From Diploschistes diacapsis (taxonomy: Eukaryota), in assembly GCA_023645945.1 (NCBI GenBank), contig JALAIB010000070.1, positions 1 through 35,994 of the forward strand: a stretch of 35,994 bases of DNA. The letters are read 5' to 3'. Within the stretch, counting starts at the first letter, position 1, and the number at the start of each line of letters is the position of its first letter. Of this stretch, positions 1-11,446 are shown piece by piece. The notes beneath the pieces were generated by a model, which saw only the letters and a list, made by a program, of their open reading frames with translations, had not been told where the DNA came from and ran no database searches. A program made the position numbers and the translations under genes.

Positions 1-1
1 G

Positions 2-473
2 GGATTGGGGGCGCCGGAGTTGCTGGGGACGGGGTTCGATACGGAGGATGTTTGGAGGAGGTGGAAGGAGGGCCTGATGGTAGGTTTGGAGATTTTCCAT
101 TTGGGGGATTCGGGGCTGCGAAAAATGTTTGGTTGTGGGAAGATGCGTTGCAATTAAGTGGGGGGTGGGGTTAGTGGTGATCGTTGATGGGCCCTTCGCG
201 AGGGCTGTGGTGAATTAAAAGCTGACCTGGCGTGCATGGTAGGATGAGGACGTCCGCCCTTCCAAGGACCCGGGCCGCTTCCTGTGCGACTTCATCTACT
301 ACACGGGCCAGCTGGAGTACTGGAAGCGGAACCCGAGTGGGGATCGTCCCGTCATGTTCCTGCACGTTCCGGGAGATCATACGGAGGAAGCCATCGAGAA
401 GGGTGTCAAGGTTGCAGGTGGCCTTATCATGGCGTTGGTGCAGAGTCATGTGGAGAGGGGCAAGTTCAGCTGA
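2..473 (+). CDS. Pyroglutamyl-peptidase I (peptidase C15 family), 5'-truncated by the window edge; exons <2-79 and 243-473
   Basis: Intron 80-242 (GTAGGT...GCTGAC...TAG). Spliced translation ...DTEDVWRRWKEGLM|DEDVRPSKDPGRFLCDFIYY...PVMFLHVP...GKFS* contains the C15 catalytic Cys motif (GRFLCDFIYY) and His motif (FLHVP). Confidence 0.88.
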
Positions 474-2760
474 AGGATAGGACTTTTGGTTTCGGGAAGG
501 CGATCTTCATTTCCGAGGCGGAGGAGGCTAGTAGCTGCTAATGGGCTGCTGGGCAAGTAATCAGAGCCGAAGCGGGGCTCTTGGGTTATGCTGAAGGGTA
601 CTTTTGAAGGGGCGGAGCTCTGGAATAATGTTTCAATTCTGCGCAGCAATCGTGTGATTTTGGATGCGGGGAACGTCCAAGACCTATTGGCTGGCCTAGC
701 GGAAACGAAGCAGCCAACGGGAGGGCCAGAAGACTGAGCCCAGAGCAGACACCCGTCTACATAGAGGCAGAATTGGTCTGTAACTATTGATCGTAGGGCA
801 CATTATCGATAGGCTTGTACCGGGACGGTGGAGCACGTTGGGGGGCGTACTAACGCATCCATCTCGCACGGCTGTTTATGAATCTGTCATTCGTCCTTTT
901 GCCATGTCATAAACCCATGGAACGAAAATTGCAACGACGGATCCCGTATCACCAAGTACAGTAGTAGCCTAGTATTGGTCCTATCGAGATTGCCCATCAT
1001 CCGATACCCAAGCTATCCTAGATGAAGGGTGTAGAAGAAATGGGAGTAAAGCACGCGGACGCCCAAACAAGAATTCCAAAAAGCACGCTGTTGGGGTGTT
1101 TGTGGATCTGGGAAGCTATCGAATCATGCCTGAAACCTGCATTAGTAGCGATGATTCGGTTTCTCGTACTTGGGTATGGTTTCAGAATGCCCGGGTCTGT
1201 AGCAAAAACGTCGCAGCTCTTGTCTCTCGTATAACCAGATCTTGCAGCAACGTCTCCCTTTCAGGGTTCATGCTGAGCTGCGGAGGGCCTAGGCTTTCTA
1301 CCCGAGGATGAACCACATCTGATAAAGGCCTCTGACGCGGTCCGTGAAAGGTCTTCACTCGCGCCTCTTCGCTGTCCGTGCGCTTTTATAGGTTGTGAAC
1401 GCCGCCACATTCCCGCTTACCCCACAACAAGTCTGTTGCTCGGGTCAGTTTGCTCGTGTTGAAATTGTAATTGGCACAATGGGGCCCTTCTACGCTGTTC
1501 GGTGCGCATTGCGGAGAGAACTGAAATGCCAATCCAGTGAGCAAGGTGCTGTTGGTGTTTCGCAGTGACTTAACCTCTGATGATTCCTGCATGCCTCATT
1601 CGGCCGTATGTGGTCCTGCTAATGGCCTGATGCAGGTAGGGCAGCCATACAGGCTCATGACGCTCAGGCATGCCCTACATGTGGCACCCAATTTGAGCTG
1701 ATGTCCCCCGCATGGAGTACTACTGTGCATGTTCGCCGGTGTCCTTGGACAAAGAAGCGGATCGGGACCGCCTTGGCCTGCAGATACCGGCCCACCGTAT
1801 CTCGCCATGGATGTGACTTCCCTTGGCTAATGAGAGTGGCTTTTAGAATGATTATGACTGCAGCGTTCTGAGTGAGCAATCCCGCAGCTGGTTACATGCA
1901 TGGGGTACTAAGCCGGCTGCGCGCATAGTCTGCATATTTGGGAAAGCTATCACTTGATGGAGGTGGAGGTGGAGGTGGAGGGGGAGGATGAAGGATGTGG
2001 AGGTTGTGCAGTTCCCGCGGTAGAGGCACGCAAGCGCGTTTTAGGCTTAGACTTGTGCTTAGCGCAGCGCGGAATTGCCGCGTGAATTACGCGTTGTCGA
2101 GGCGGTTCCCTCACCGACTCGACCCTTTTAGTGTTACAAAGGTACCTCTGGGTGTATTGAGATCATGAGTCTTTGTTTAATCGGAGGTGAGTCCAGGACA
2201 TAGGTAGTAGGTATTCTCGCATTAACGCTAAACTGAGCGACCTTGTCTAAAGCGTTGATGGAGCTTCCTGATTCTCGGGAACACAGTTGATTTTCTGGCT
2301 TCTCGAGTCGGTAAATATTGACTGTGCGCATGATGATTTCTTCACGGCACGGAGTCAAAGTTCATGAACCCTGCTGGTGCAGCAGGAATCCACGCCGTTG
2401 AATGATCTTATTTAGCGTCCCTTTGAGGACACTCAAATGCTCCTCCCGCGTACTGTCTATTACAGTACAGAGGCTTGAGTCGGTGAGCGAATTTGCTCAA
2501 AATTGAGGTAATCATCGTAAAGCAAAGCGTAAAAAGCCAGGTAAACGGCCTGTAGTGCTGTGAACAGGTAAGAACAACTTTAGAAATCATGGGTAGGAAC
2601 TCGTGCAGACTGCAGAGAGAGTGTGCAGGGTGCAGGTGCAGGTGGATGAGGGAGGAGGAGAGGCGATGCAAGATGTCAAGTCTGTTTTAGTACTAGTGTG
2701 TGCTGGCGGTTAATACTAAAAAAGTCCACAAAATCCATTGATTCCATTGGCCCATTGGTC

Positions 2761-2852
2761 TTCCCTTCCCACGCGCTTTTCCTTTTTCTTTTTCCTTTTC
2801 CATTTCCATTTCCACTTCCATTTCCATTTCCTTTTTCCCTTTCCTTTTTTCC
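2761..2852. repeat. Polypyrimidine hexamer microsatellite, approximately (TTTCCA/TTTCCT)n
   Basis: Directly visible (ttttccatttccatttccacttccatttccatttcc...); it explains the spurious FPFPFP/GNGNG ORFs here. Confidence 0.85.
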
Positions 2853-2902
2853 ATTATCCACTCACCCCCCGTTTTCCCCAACTGGTGAACTGGGCAGAAT
2901 GT

Positions 2903-3046
2903 CTAGTACTGAGTAGTAGTAAGTACTAGTAAACCCCCCCGCCAGTACAGTACACTCGATCAGTCAGTCAGTAGTCAGTACACCTCACCTACACCTACTA
3001 CGAAGCACCTACTGCTACTAATACTAGTACTACTACTACTACTACT
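2903..3046. repeat. AGT/TAC trinucleotide-rich low-complexity tract with repeated AGTACT/ACTAGT palindromes
   Basis: gagtagtagtaagtactagta ... tcagtcagtcagtagtcagtac ... tactagtactactactactactact. Confidence 0.75.
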
Positions 3047-3841
3047 GTCCCATGCGCATTCCTCCTCCACACTTCACCCTTCATACTTCACACTTTGCTT
3101 CAATACCGCTCGCTTGTTCCTTGTTCCTTGTTCGCAGCAGCAGCAGCAGTCTCTCGAGCCTTCATTCTGCCTTCTCTTGACTTCTTGCTAACCTTTCTAA
3201 CGGTCGCTTCATCGTCTGGCTGAACTGGCTCACCAACTCGGGTACGAGCAATTCGCACCTGCAAGCACCATGTTAGCGCATTTCGCAAAATAGATTCACA
3301 ACGACATCAGTTCGCAAGTGAATAGCTACATTCACGGACAGCCAACAAGCTCCACGACCGCTATCGACGCAAGCATCCATCGTACTTTATCACCACGCTG
3401 TGTCCGAGCCACTTCTGTTCAGGCCTCTTAACTTCGACTTCGTGTTGCGCGTCAACTCGACAATTTCAGTCGGCATGACTTGAGTACTCAGTACTAATCG
3501 CTCCCATTGTCGGCGCCTGTCGCATCGCGTCACGAATCAACTAATGCGATCGCTTTGAAACCCATGCTCTCTTCCGACCGCATCAGAAGTCCCTTTGAAG
3601 CTACCAGTTTACCACACTTCGACACCACACATTTCTGCAACCCCTAGCCAAACCGACGCTACACTATTCCTCGAACAGACAATCATTGAACGCGATCGCC
3701 AATCTGCTTCTTCAGAGTTGTAAGGGATATTCCTGACGATACTTGACTTCAATCGCCCCATTGCCAACTTATCTTTGAAGCCACGGGTTAGCCTCTGCTA
3801 GCCTCTCGCAAGTACTATACTACCTTAATTCTTCTCGCGAA

Positions 3842-5788
3842 ATGGCAGAAGAACGCTCATCACAATTCGCAACCGTGCCGCATGACTTCCACTACCATTA
3901 CAGTGAGGGGCTACCCAAGACGCCAGAGCGTGAGCTTCCTGGTGGCCATGTGGGCGACAGACCTCCCTCGGCCCGGGGATTCCGAGTCAAGCGCCGTTCT
4001 CGGCCGCGTATCAACACCTCAATTAGTTCTCAGACGTCTGAGATAATGGTTGGACTCCAAGATACTCCCCTCCCGAGCATTGAGATTTCCGATCAGCACG
4101 AGATCGTGTCGGATCCGCCTTTGGATATTGCACGTCAAAGCGAACGCTTTCTTTCTCCATTTCAGCCTCGTTCAATGACGGTGCCTCGGACTCCCTCTGC
4201 GCAGCGTACTGCGTTCGCTTATGATTGGACTCCGTCCCAAAACAACGAGCTTGGCCAGTCTATTGCCCGACCATCGTCCGCCCTCTCCAGTCTCTCGAGC
4301 TCGTCAGATGACTCGCTTATGAGTTCAGAGGATGGGCTCTCGTTCGGCGGAAGCTGTACCAGTCCAGAGAGCGATGCCCCAGATCCTTTCACCTTCTCCA
4401 CGCCAGTGAAGCACAACTCTATCGCACCAAGCTTCTCCGAGGTTGTTCCAATGAGCAGTAAGCCTACAAGCTCCGCGAAGCCTCGCTGGACCAAAGAAAT
4501 GGACACTCACATCTGGGCGGTCTACATGGGCTACTTGAATGACCCAACTGTGACTCCATTCAAGACTTTACCAGGGATTCCTCCGCCAGTTGGCGTCTGC
4601 CACCGCGTTGCTCGAAACGCAAAAAGGACGTGGAAGGGAGGAAAGACTGCTCCAAAGCCACCGTCCCTCTTCAAGATCAGACAGTTGCGTAGAGACGGCA
4701 GTCCCGATACGGTCACGGAACGAAGTGGCAGCGCTACACCGACTTCCCATCACGCCCCAAAGCCAATCTGGCCAGGCTCTGGAGCTGCAACGAGGAAACG
4801 CTTCCGTGAGCTTTGTAAGCGCAAGGCAACCATTGCACCTCATTACCAGCGCATGCTTCAGAGCAGGAGCCCTTCCCCTTTCTTCGCTCAACCTCAAACG
4901 GGGCTACGGTCCACCCGAGCAGGCAGCCCCCTTAGCACTCGCGATTCTTTCGCTGTTCGTGACGTTGCAGTCTCTTTGTCCACCAGCACCGCCACTTCCA
5001 TGCGGCCTGATGCACCAATCGCTGGCCTGTCCAGAAGGCAGAGCGACGAATGGTTTAACGATCCTGACGCTCCTTGGGCATCTCCAGCGGCTATTCCATC
5101 CGACGCTGACAGCGGAAACGTCCCTACGCAAAATACTGCTGTGAGCTTGGGCTCTCCCTTCACCGGTTCACATACTTGGGGACCAAGCATTTCTCGCCGC
5201 CGCGAGCGACCGAGTATTGCCGAAGTACATTCGGAAGATACCTCGAGCATTCCACGCCTGAAGTCGCCAGTCCATTTTGCCTCTGTGCCACGCGGTGCGC
5301 CCCCAAGTGCTTTTGCTCCAAGAACACCGAAGCGCCCTGCGCAGAACGAATTGGAGGAGGAGCTGAGCGGCGGTGAAAGTCAATCTCGGAGAAGCCGATT
5401 CGAAGAGCTATTCGGAGGAAACCTCCAAAGCGCTCGTCGTAGGCTTCGACTGCGTGGTATGAGCCTGGAGGATAGTTTCAGTCGCAATGATGTCCGAGGG
5501 TTGAGCAACGGTGAAAGCTATCATGAGTCGATGTCGATCGGTCCAAGTACAACTCATACTCGACCCAACTCCAGTCCAATGACCGTGGCTGATGACCCGT
5601 TCCTCTCGGCTCCTTCCGAGGGCGAAGCTGTTCGACGCCTAGGCTCCCCTTTCCCCGGAATCGGCACCCGGCCTGCTCGTGTTCGTGCCCGCCATGCTTC
5701 CTCTCACAGTCTATCTTCTTGCAACCCGAACGAGCTTGAGTCAATCGACCAGCGATTGAATCAATTCGCAACAATGGGACCTTTTTGA
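3842..5788 (+). CDS. Conserved fungal hypothetical protein, 648 aa, Ser/Pro-rich with one conserved core
   Basis: Long intronless ORF with a good start context (gcgaaATGG). Core PRWTKEMDTHIW...DPTVTPFK...PPVGVCHRVARNAKRTW and WP...ATRKRFRELCKRK resembles an uncharacterised Pezizomycotina family as I recall it. Confidence 0.8.
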   Translation: MAEERSSQFATVPHDFHYHYSEGLPKTPERELPGGHVGDRPPSARGFRVKRRSRPRINTSISSQTSEIMVGLQDTPLPSIEISDQHEIVSDPPLDIARQSERFLSPFQPRSMTVPRTPSAQRTAFAYDWTPSQNNELGQSIARPSSALSSLSSSSDDSLMSSEDGLSFGGSCTSPESDAPDPFTFSTPVKHNSIAPSFSEVVPMSSKPTSSAKPRWTKEMDTHIWAVYMGYLNDPTVTPFKTLPGIPPPVGVCHRVARNAKRTWKGGKTAPKPPSLFKIRQLRRDGSPDTVTERSGSATPTSHHAPKPIWPGSGAATRKRFRELCKRKATIAPHYQRMLQSRSPSPFFAQPQTGLRSTRAGSPLSTRDSFAVRDVAVSLSTSTATSMRPDAPIAGLSRRQSDEWFNDPDAPWASPAAIPSDADSGNVPTQNTAVSLGSPFTGSHTWGPSISRRRERPSIAEVHSEDTSSIPRLKSPVHFASVPRGAPPSAFAPRTPKRPAQNELEEELSGGESQSRRSRFEELFGGNLQSARRRLRLRGMSLEDSFSRNDVRGLSNGESYHESMSIGPSTTHTRPNSSPMTVADDPFLSAPSEGEAVRRLGSPFPGIGTRPARVRARHASSHSLSSCNPNELESIDQRLNQFATMGPF

Positions 5789-6995
5789 TCCTCTTCCGCA
5801 GCCCTCTGCGTCGTTCATTTGACTTTTACCAAGCGAGGTACGAAGCGAACAATTACGGAAACGGTTGTACATGATATGAGCGACGAAATGATTTGCACAT
5901 TTGGACTTCTCTTCGTTTGAAGTGCCGGCGTTTGGAAGAATTGCTCATAAGATGACCACGATTGAACGACAATTTACGGTCCGAAAACGCCTTGAGGATT
6001 ATGTTGTCTTGGACTTCCCAAGGCTTGTATCAACAGTACTGTTTACCAAACAGAAGCGCTGTGCCCATGACTTTTTACTTGCTATGTGGCCGCGGAGCAC
6101 TTTCATGAACTGGTTACAGGCGTTCCGCCTTCTATCACGATACAGCATAGACTTTTCTTTTTATTCCTTCGACGGTCGCCCAAGCTCTTGCTTGGGGGCT
6201 CACAACCTCTCTTCTCTACTTCCCATTGGCATATCCAATCTTACGTTGCCGAACTCATGCAAGGAGCTCGAGATACCATTTCAGCCCGGAGCTTGGAACC
6301 AACGACCACCTCCGATTCTCAACACTCCTTTGAAGTTATATGCCCGTCTCTCTCCATGCTTGTCTCTTGAGGTGTCCGACCGACTTTGCTCAACCCTGAC
6401 CTTTTTTAACGAGACTTCGCCACCAACTCCCCATAGCAAGCTCCCTATCGCAGCTCCGCATGTCATGCTACGTCTGCAGCCCACTTCTTTGGCTGTGCTT
6501 TCGGACTTCATGCCAGGACGAATAATTCCCGCTCGCACGAGATCCAGACTCAGCGATGATTTTGCTCCCTTGCTTGCCTGTCGAGCAAACCAATAGCTTT
6601 GACGCTTCGCAGCTGGTTACGATAACGGTCAGCGAGCGAATAGCGCTGCTTCTCAACGTGTGCGGATGTTGAAGAAGACGACGACGATCGACCGCGTCAT
6701 GTATGTACGGACATGCTATGCCATGCGATAGATGCTATATAAGACCTTGACTACTCTACTGCTCAATCGCGTGCCTCGTGAATTAGGACATGCTTGAACC
6801 AGAACGGAAAGAAACCCGTAGACTCCCTCCCCCCACAAACAGAGTAAGATAAGATGCACAGCAAGTCCTACCAAAGTAAGGAAACCATTCCCCCCCCCCC
6901 CCCAGATGTGCCTGTGAACGTATAACATCTGGGCAAAATGACATCGATCCGCACCACAAGGCTCCCATCCCCATCCTCCATCGCAATCCATCATT

Positions 6996-9900
6996 TCACC
7001 GCTTCTTCCCAGTCCCGGCCCCAGTCCCGGCCCCGGCCCCGGCTCCAGCCGCAGCAGCGCCGACCCTCACCCTGTCCTCGGCCCGCCTCAGCGCGTTCCG
7101 CAGGCCCTTCCGCTCCGCGTTCTCCACCAGCCACGCCTCCATCCTCTCCCTGACGGCCCTCATCCTCCTCGTCGGCGGCACCGTCTGCGTCCCCCCCCTC
7201 TCCGCGCTCTGCTGCTGCTGCTGCTGCTGCTCCCCTTCGCCCGCGGGCACCCACTCGGCCCAGCGCGCCGGGTTCATCAGCACGTCGAACAGATCGGCCC
7301 AGATGTCCGTGGCCCAGTACCGCTTCAGGCCCTCGCGCGGCTTGTACCTCTTCTTCTGGCCCATGCCCATTTCCCCCCCACCACCACCACCACCACAACC
7401 ACCACCAACATTTCCTCCTCCTCCCTTCTCCACAACAACGGCCTCCTCAATCACCTTCCCGAACAGCAGCACGTGCACCACGCCCGCGCACCCCCACAGA
7501 TCCACCTGCCAGCTCCACGGCCTCGCCTCGCGCATCTCGGGACAGTCCTGCCGGTCCGTCTTCCAGTCCGCGACGAAGCCGACGCCCGGCCGGAAGGCGC
7601 GCATGTCGGCGCCGCGCCCGAAGTCGATCAGCGCGAGGCCGCGCTCGGCCCAGCCGCGGCCGCCCGTCGGCGAGAAGCGCGGGGACCAGGGGTCGTCGGG
7701 TGCTGCTGCTGCCGCTGTCGATGCCGACGAGGACGCTGATGATGATGATGGTGGTGGTGGTGGTGGTGGTGGTGAATATGAAGAAGAAGAAGAAGAAGAA
7801 GAAGAAGAAGATGGGAGCAAAGAGCGGTTCGACGGCGGCCCCGGCCCGAGCCTCACGAGACAGTTGTCCCCCTTCAGATCCCCGTGCAGCACGCCGACCG
7901 CGTGCAGCGCCTCCACCGTCCGCACCAGCTCGAGGCTGAAGAACATGGCCACTGCTTCTTCCAGCCCGGGCGCGAGCGCCGCGGCCGAGGAGCCGGCCGA
8001 TGCGAGGGCGTCGGCCTTGGAGGCGTTGACGAGGTCCAGCAGCGTGCCTTGGTCGTGGTAGGATTCCAGGAGGTAGGCTTCGTCGGCGAAGCGGTGGAAG
8101 CTGTGCGGCGTGGCGAGGGAGGCCGTGGCGCGGTTGCAGATAGATAGAGGCGAGGAGCGGAGGCGGGAGTGCGAGAGCGTGAGGAGGTGGTATTCCCAGG
8201 GTGTGGGGGGGTGCTCGGCTTTGAGGGCTAGGAGTGGGGGAAGAGGGCATGGTGAAGTTTCTGGGGGGGAGAAGGAAGTGGTGAAGGCGAGGTAGACGGG
8301 GGCGTACCCACCTTTGCCGAGTTCGCGTTTTATTGTTAGGGTTGTTGGGGGTGCGGAGGCGGAGGCGGATGGTGAGGTAGAGGTTGCTGGGAACTCTAGA
8401 ATTGGGGGGGAGGAGAGGGCGGTGAGGGTTTTGTCCGTGGTGGTTTTGGAGGAGTTTTTGAGGAGTGCTTTGATGTAGCGTCGAATTTCGGGACCTTTGT
8501 TGAGGCTGAGCGGGCGGTGATCAAAGTAGCCTGGGTACGCGGACAAAGGGGGTTGGAGGTTGTCGAGTATGGCGGCTCGAATCGAATCATCCATAGGATT
8601 GCATTGGGTGTCTTGTATGATTGGGCTTTTCGCCCCAAGAGCGCCCACTTGGCTGTCAAAGTTTACTTGAGACATGTCTTGAGCCTGCCGTGAGGACGAT
8701 GTACTGTCCTTCTCCGCATCTCCTATGCTGTCGTCGATCAAAAGATCTTCAATCTCGGGTAGTGTAGGATCCTCGTTTCGTCGGCGAGACGGCGTCTTGG
8801 AGTTGAAATAGTCTTGCTGCCGCGTTGACGGCATGTGGATAGAAGACTCCGTCATCTCCACGATGGGCGTCATGAAGGGTAGACGATTTTGATTCATTTC
8901 TTCTGTATCCCGGTATGGCCGCGTTGAAACAACGAAATCTTCAGGGGGCACGGGCACGAACCTCTTCTCTAAGTCTTGCACTTGCGGTCCCGTGATAGGT
9001 GTCGCTACTTCTTCTGGTTCTTGGGGTGCGATAATCTCTTGGGAGATAACGTCGCCTTCTGTGACCTCTCCATTCCCGTCGTGAGTCTGGGGAACATGCT
9101 TGCTGCGTGTGAAGTCAGACCAAGGACTGACGCTTTTCAGATCCGTTGCTTCTGCCTCTGTTCCCAAACTGCTAGTCTGAAGAGCTGCTGTATTCTCCCC
9201 GCATTCGCTCGTAGCGCCAGATATTCGCCCTGTGCTGTCAAGACCGGTAGTGTAGTCATCATCTTCGTAATCACTTTCAGGCCCACTTTCCGGGGTGTCA
9301 GTGATGCTTGCCACGTTCCTCAAGGTCTGGTTAAACATATCAAGAACTTCGTCTGTGGCGGCTCGACTATGCAAAGTCATTGTCGGCTCAGCAGTGCTCT
9401 TGCGGCGGATCTTCTTGGCTGCAGTAGGAGAAGCTAGATTTGTTTTGACTGTACTTTGGTCAGCTCGCAATTCAGCATTGTTTGCAGTCCAGGACGTACC
9501 GGTCTGAGTCCCGGCTTTGACCTCCATAGTCTTCTTCCTTCGCGGCCTGCCTTCCTTGCCATCCTCCCGCAAGTGCCTATTCTCAGCATCCTGAGAGGGT
9601 AGCTGGTCATTTAGGGTAGTGTCAGATGTGATCTCCTGGGAGGTTACCTCTTGCAAAGAGGAATCTTTGCTTGTACTAGTACCATTATGGCCGAATGCAG
9701 TATCTTGAAGAACGTCCATTGCCGATTGGTCGACAACTTCAAGAATCTCAGAGGCCTGGTTTTTTTGCCGACTCCAGGTTCTATCGAGCCAACCTCGATG
9801 GCGAGCCATTGCCTCTTCGAAACAACGTTCCTGAGCTTCACTTGGGTACACTACGCGCAGATTCGCTAATATATGCTCCGTCTTACCTGTCTTTGGGTTC

Positions 9901-11050
9901 AATGTATCCTGGAGACTTATCAAGGTCGCATTACTCAAAGACGAAGATACTGGGCGTTCACCCGTCGTTGCATTTTGTTCTGGCATGGATGACTAAATAC
10001 ATGAAACAAAACTCTGATTAGTCCTGCAATCGTAAACAAAAGACAATAATTGAGTCTATGTCAACTGACCTGATCCCTAAATACCATCATCTTCGGCGCT
10101 TTTCCGACCTTATTGCCTGCCTTCAACGTCTCGCCAGCCCATGGCTTGGCCTCTACCGTATTCTCCTTCTTCCGTTCTTTGATCGTACCGATATTATCCC
10201 ACCCTTTAGATGCATCGCTGCTTTCTGACCTTCCGGCTATCGATCCGTCCGCATCTGAGAAGATTGCTAGCTTCTGCCGCCCACCTCTCGAAGCAACCGA
10301 GTTCGATGGTAGTCTCTGCGCTTGCGGATCGCCCGGCCTTGCCGTTGATGTGGAAAATGGATCCAACTTAGCTGCGAGAGCAGGCCTCACCGTTGGCAAT
10401 GCGGGCGAGCTTGGCTCGTCGTCATTTCTCGGCCTTACCTCGAACCTCTGCTGAAATTCGCCAAATTTCCGGAGCAGCCTCTCGGCAGGTCTTGCCTCTC
10501 GCTCGACGCCCAGCTTGTACACTTCTTCTGCTTGCGTCCAGCGACCAACGCCCTCGAGCCATGCCGCGAATTCTTCATAAAAGAGTGCCAATCCCTCGCC
10601 AATGTTATGTCGCGCAAGATACACGAATGTTTCTCTCGGCGCATCTGAGAATAAATGTATGTACTGTAGCCAAAGCTTAAGATAGCGAGGGTCGTTTTTG
10701 TAGAGCGCCGAGCTTTGAAATGCTTTTGTCGCACGCTCCAGGAGTGGCCGCAATTGGGAATCCGGAGTTGCTTGAGCTGAAGGGTATGCGTTCAAAGTCC
10801 ATTTCACGTATCGATCGTAGATATCCAAGGGGTCGTCTGAGTCGTTAATCGTCAAGAGTTCGGCTTCATATTCAGCGCGAAGGGCATCATTTAGATTTCG
10901 GGTACTGCCCGGGGTCGGAAGTGGGGAGAAAGGCGAAGGAGCGAATGCGGATGCGAGGGCTTTGGCGGAGCGCCCTTGTGGGAGAGACTGAATGTTCTCT
11001 TTCTGGGTTTCGATGATATCGAAATTAATCAGATCTTCTGAGACGGACAT
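6996..11050 (-). CDS. BUB1: Spindle assembly checkpoint kinase Bub1 (Mad3/Bub1 family); exons 11050-10070, 9992-9500, 9448-6996
   Basis: N-terminal KEN box (IETQKENIQ), Mad3_BUB1_I TPR (DDPLDIYDRYVKW...YKNDPRYLKLW), second KEN, GLEBS-like CFEEAMARHRGW, CD1 (EPTMTLHSRAATDEVLDMFNQ), kinase motifs LGKGGYAPVY, ALK, HGDLKGDN, DFG. Introns 10069-9993 and 9499-9449 have GT/branch/AG signals and restore the frame. Confidence 0.95.
7738..7809. repeat. Compound coding microsatellite (GAT)4(GGT)8-GAATAT-(GAA)10 within BUB1
   Basis: Directly visible; encodes poly-Ser and poly-Pro on the minus strand. Confidence 0.9.
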
Positions 11051-11446
11051 TGTGTCCCAACGACGAGAGTCAAGTCGCGCAACAAGATCGAAAGATGAAA
11101 TACCGAAGAGCAAGGTTTCTGTTTATTTATTTACTTTGGTGTTGTGGTTAAGGTTGAAGCGAGCTTGGCGTTTCTGCGTTTCAAGTGCAAACCAATCATT
11201 TATTCCCTACAAAATGGATTCCAGCTCCTCGGGTGGGCATGCATTGGTGGAAGAAGTATTTGGTATGCAGATTATCGTTAATATCGCTTGCCTGGGCAGG
11301 CTAGGCTATTATTCCGCTGAGCATCGTACATTTGGATGTTATTGTGCAGGAACTGAAGATGGATACAAATTTACCCAATGGTTCTCATGGGCAAGTGACT
11401 CCAAGCAATCTTCTGAGCAAAATCCGCTACTCGCTCATGTCCTGGG

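Noticed and set aside
80..242. Longer-than-usual intron as a stwintron or snoRNA host
   Set aside because: No credible internal branch point or reconstituted donor; only a tiny GC hairpin, and no box C/D or H/ACA arrangement I can support.
2676..2929. Four overlapping repetitive ORFs
   Set aside because: Artefacts of the hexamer microsatellite.
5901..6596. 231-aa ORF downstream of the 648-aa gene
   Set aside because: Starts at TTG, has no recognisable domain or coding-like composition, and is more likely 3' UTR.
7303..8250. Long overlapping ORFs (252 aa +, 267 aa -) in BUB1
   Set aside because: Shadow frames caused by high GC content and trinucleotide repeats.
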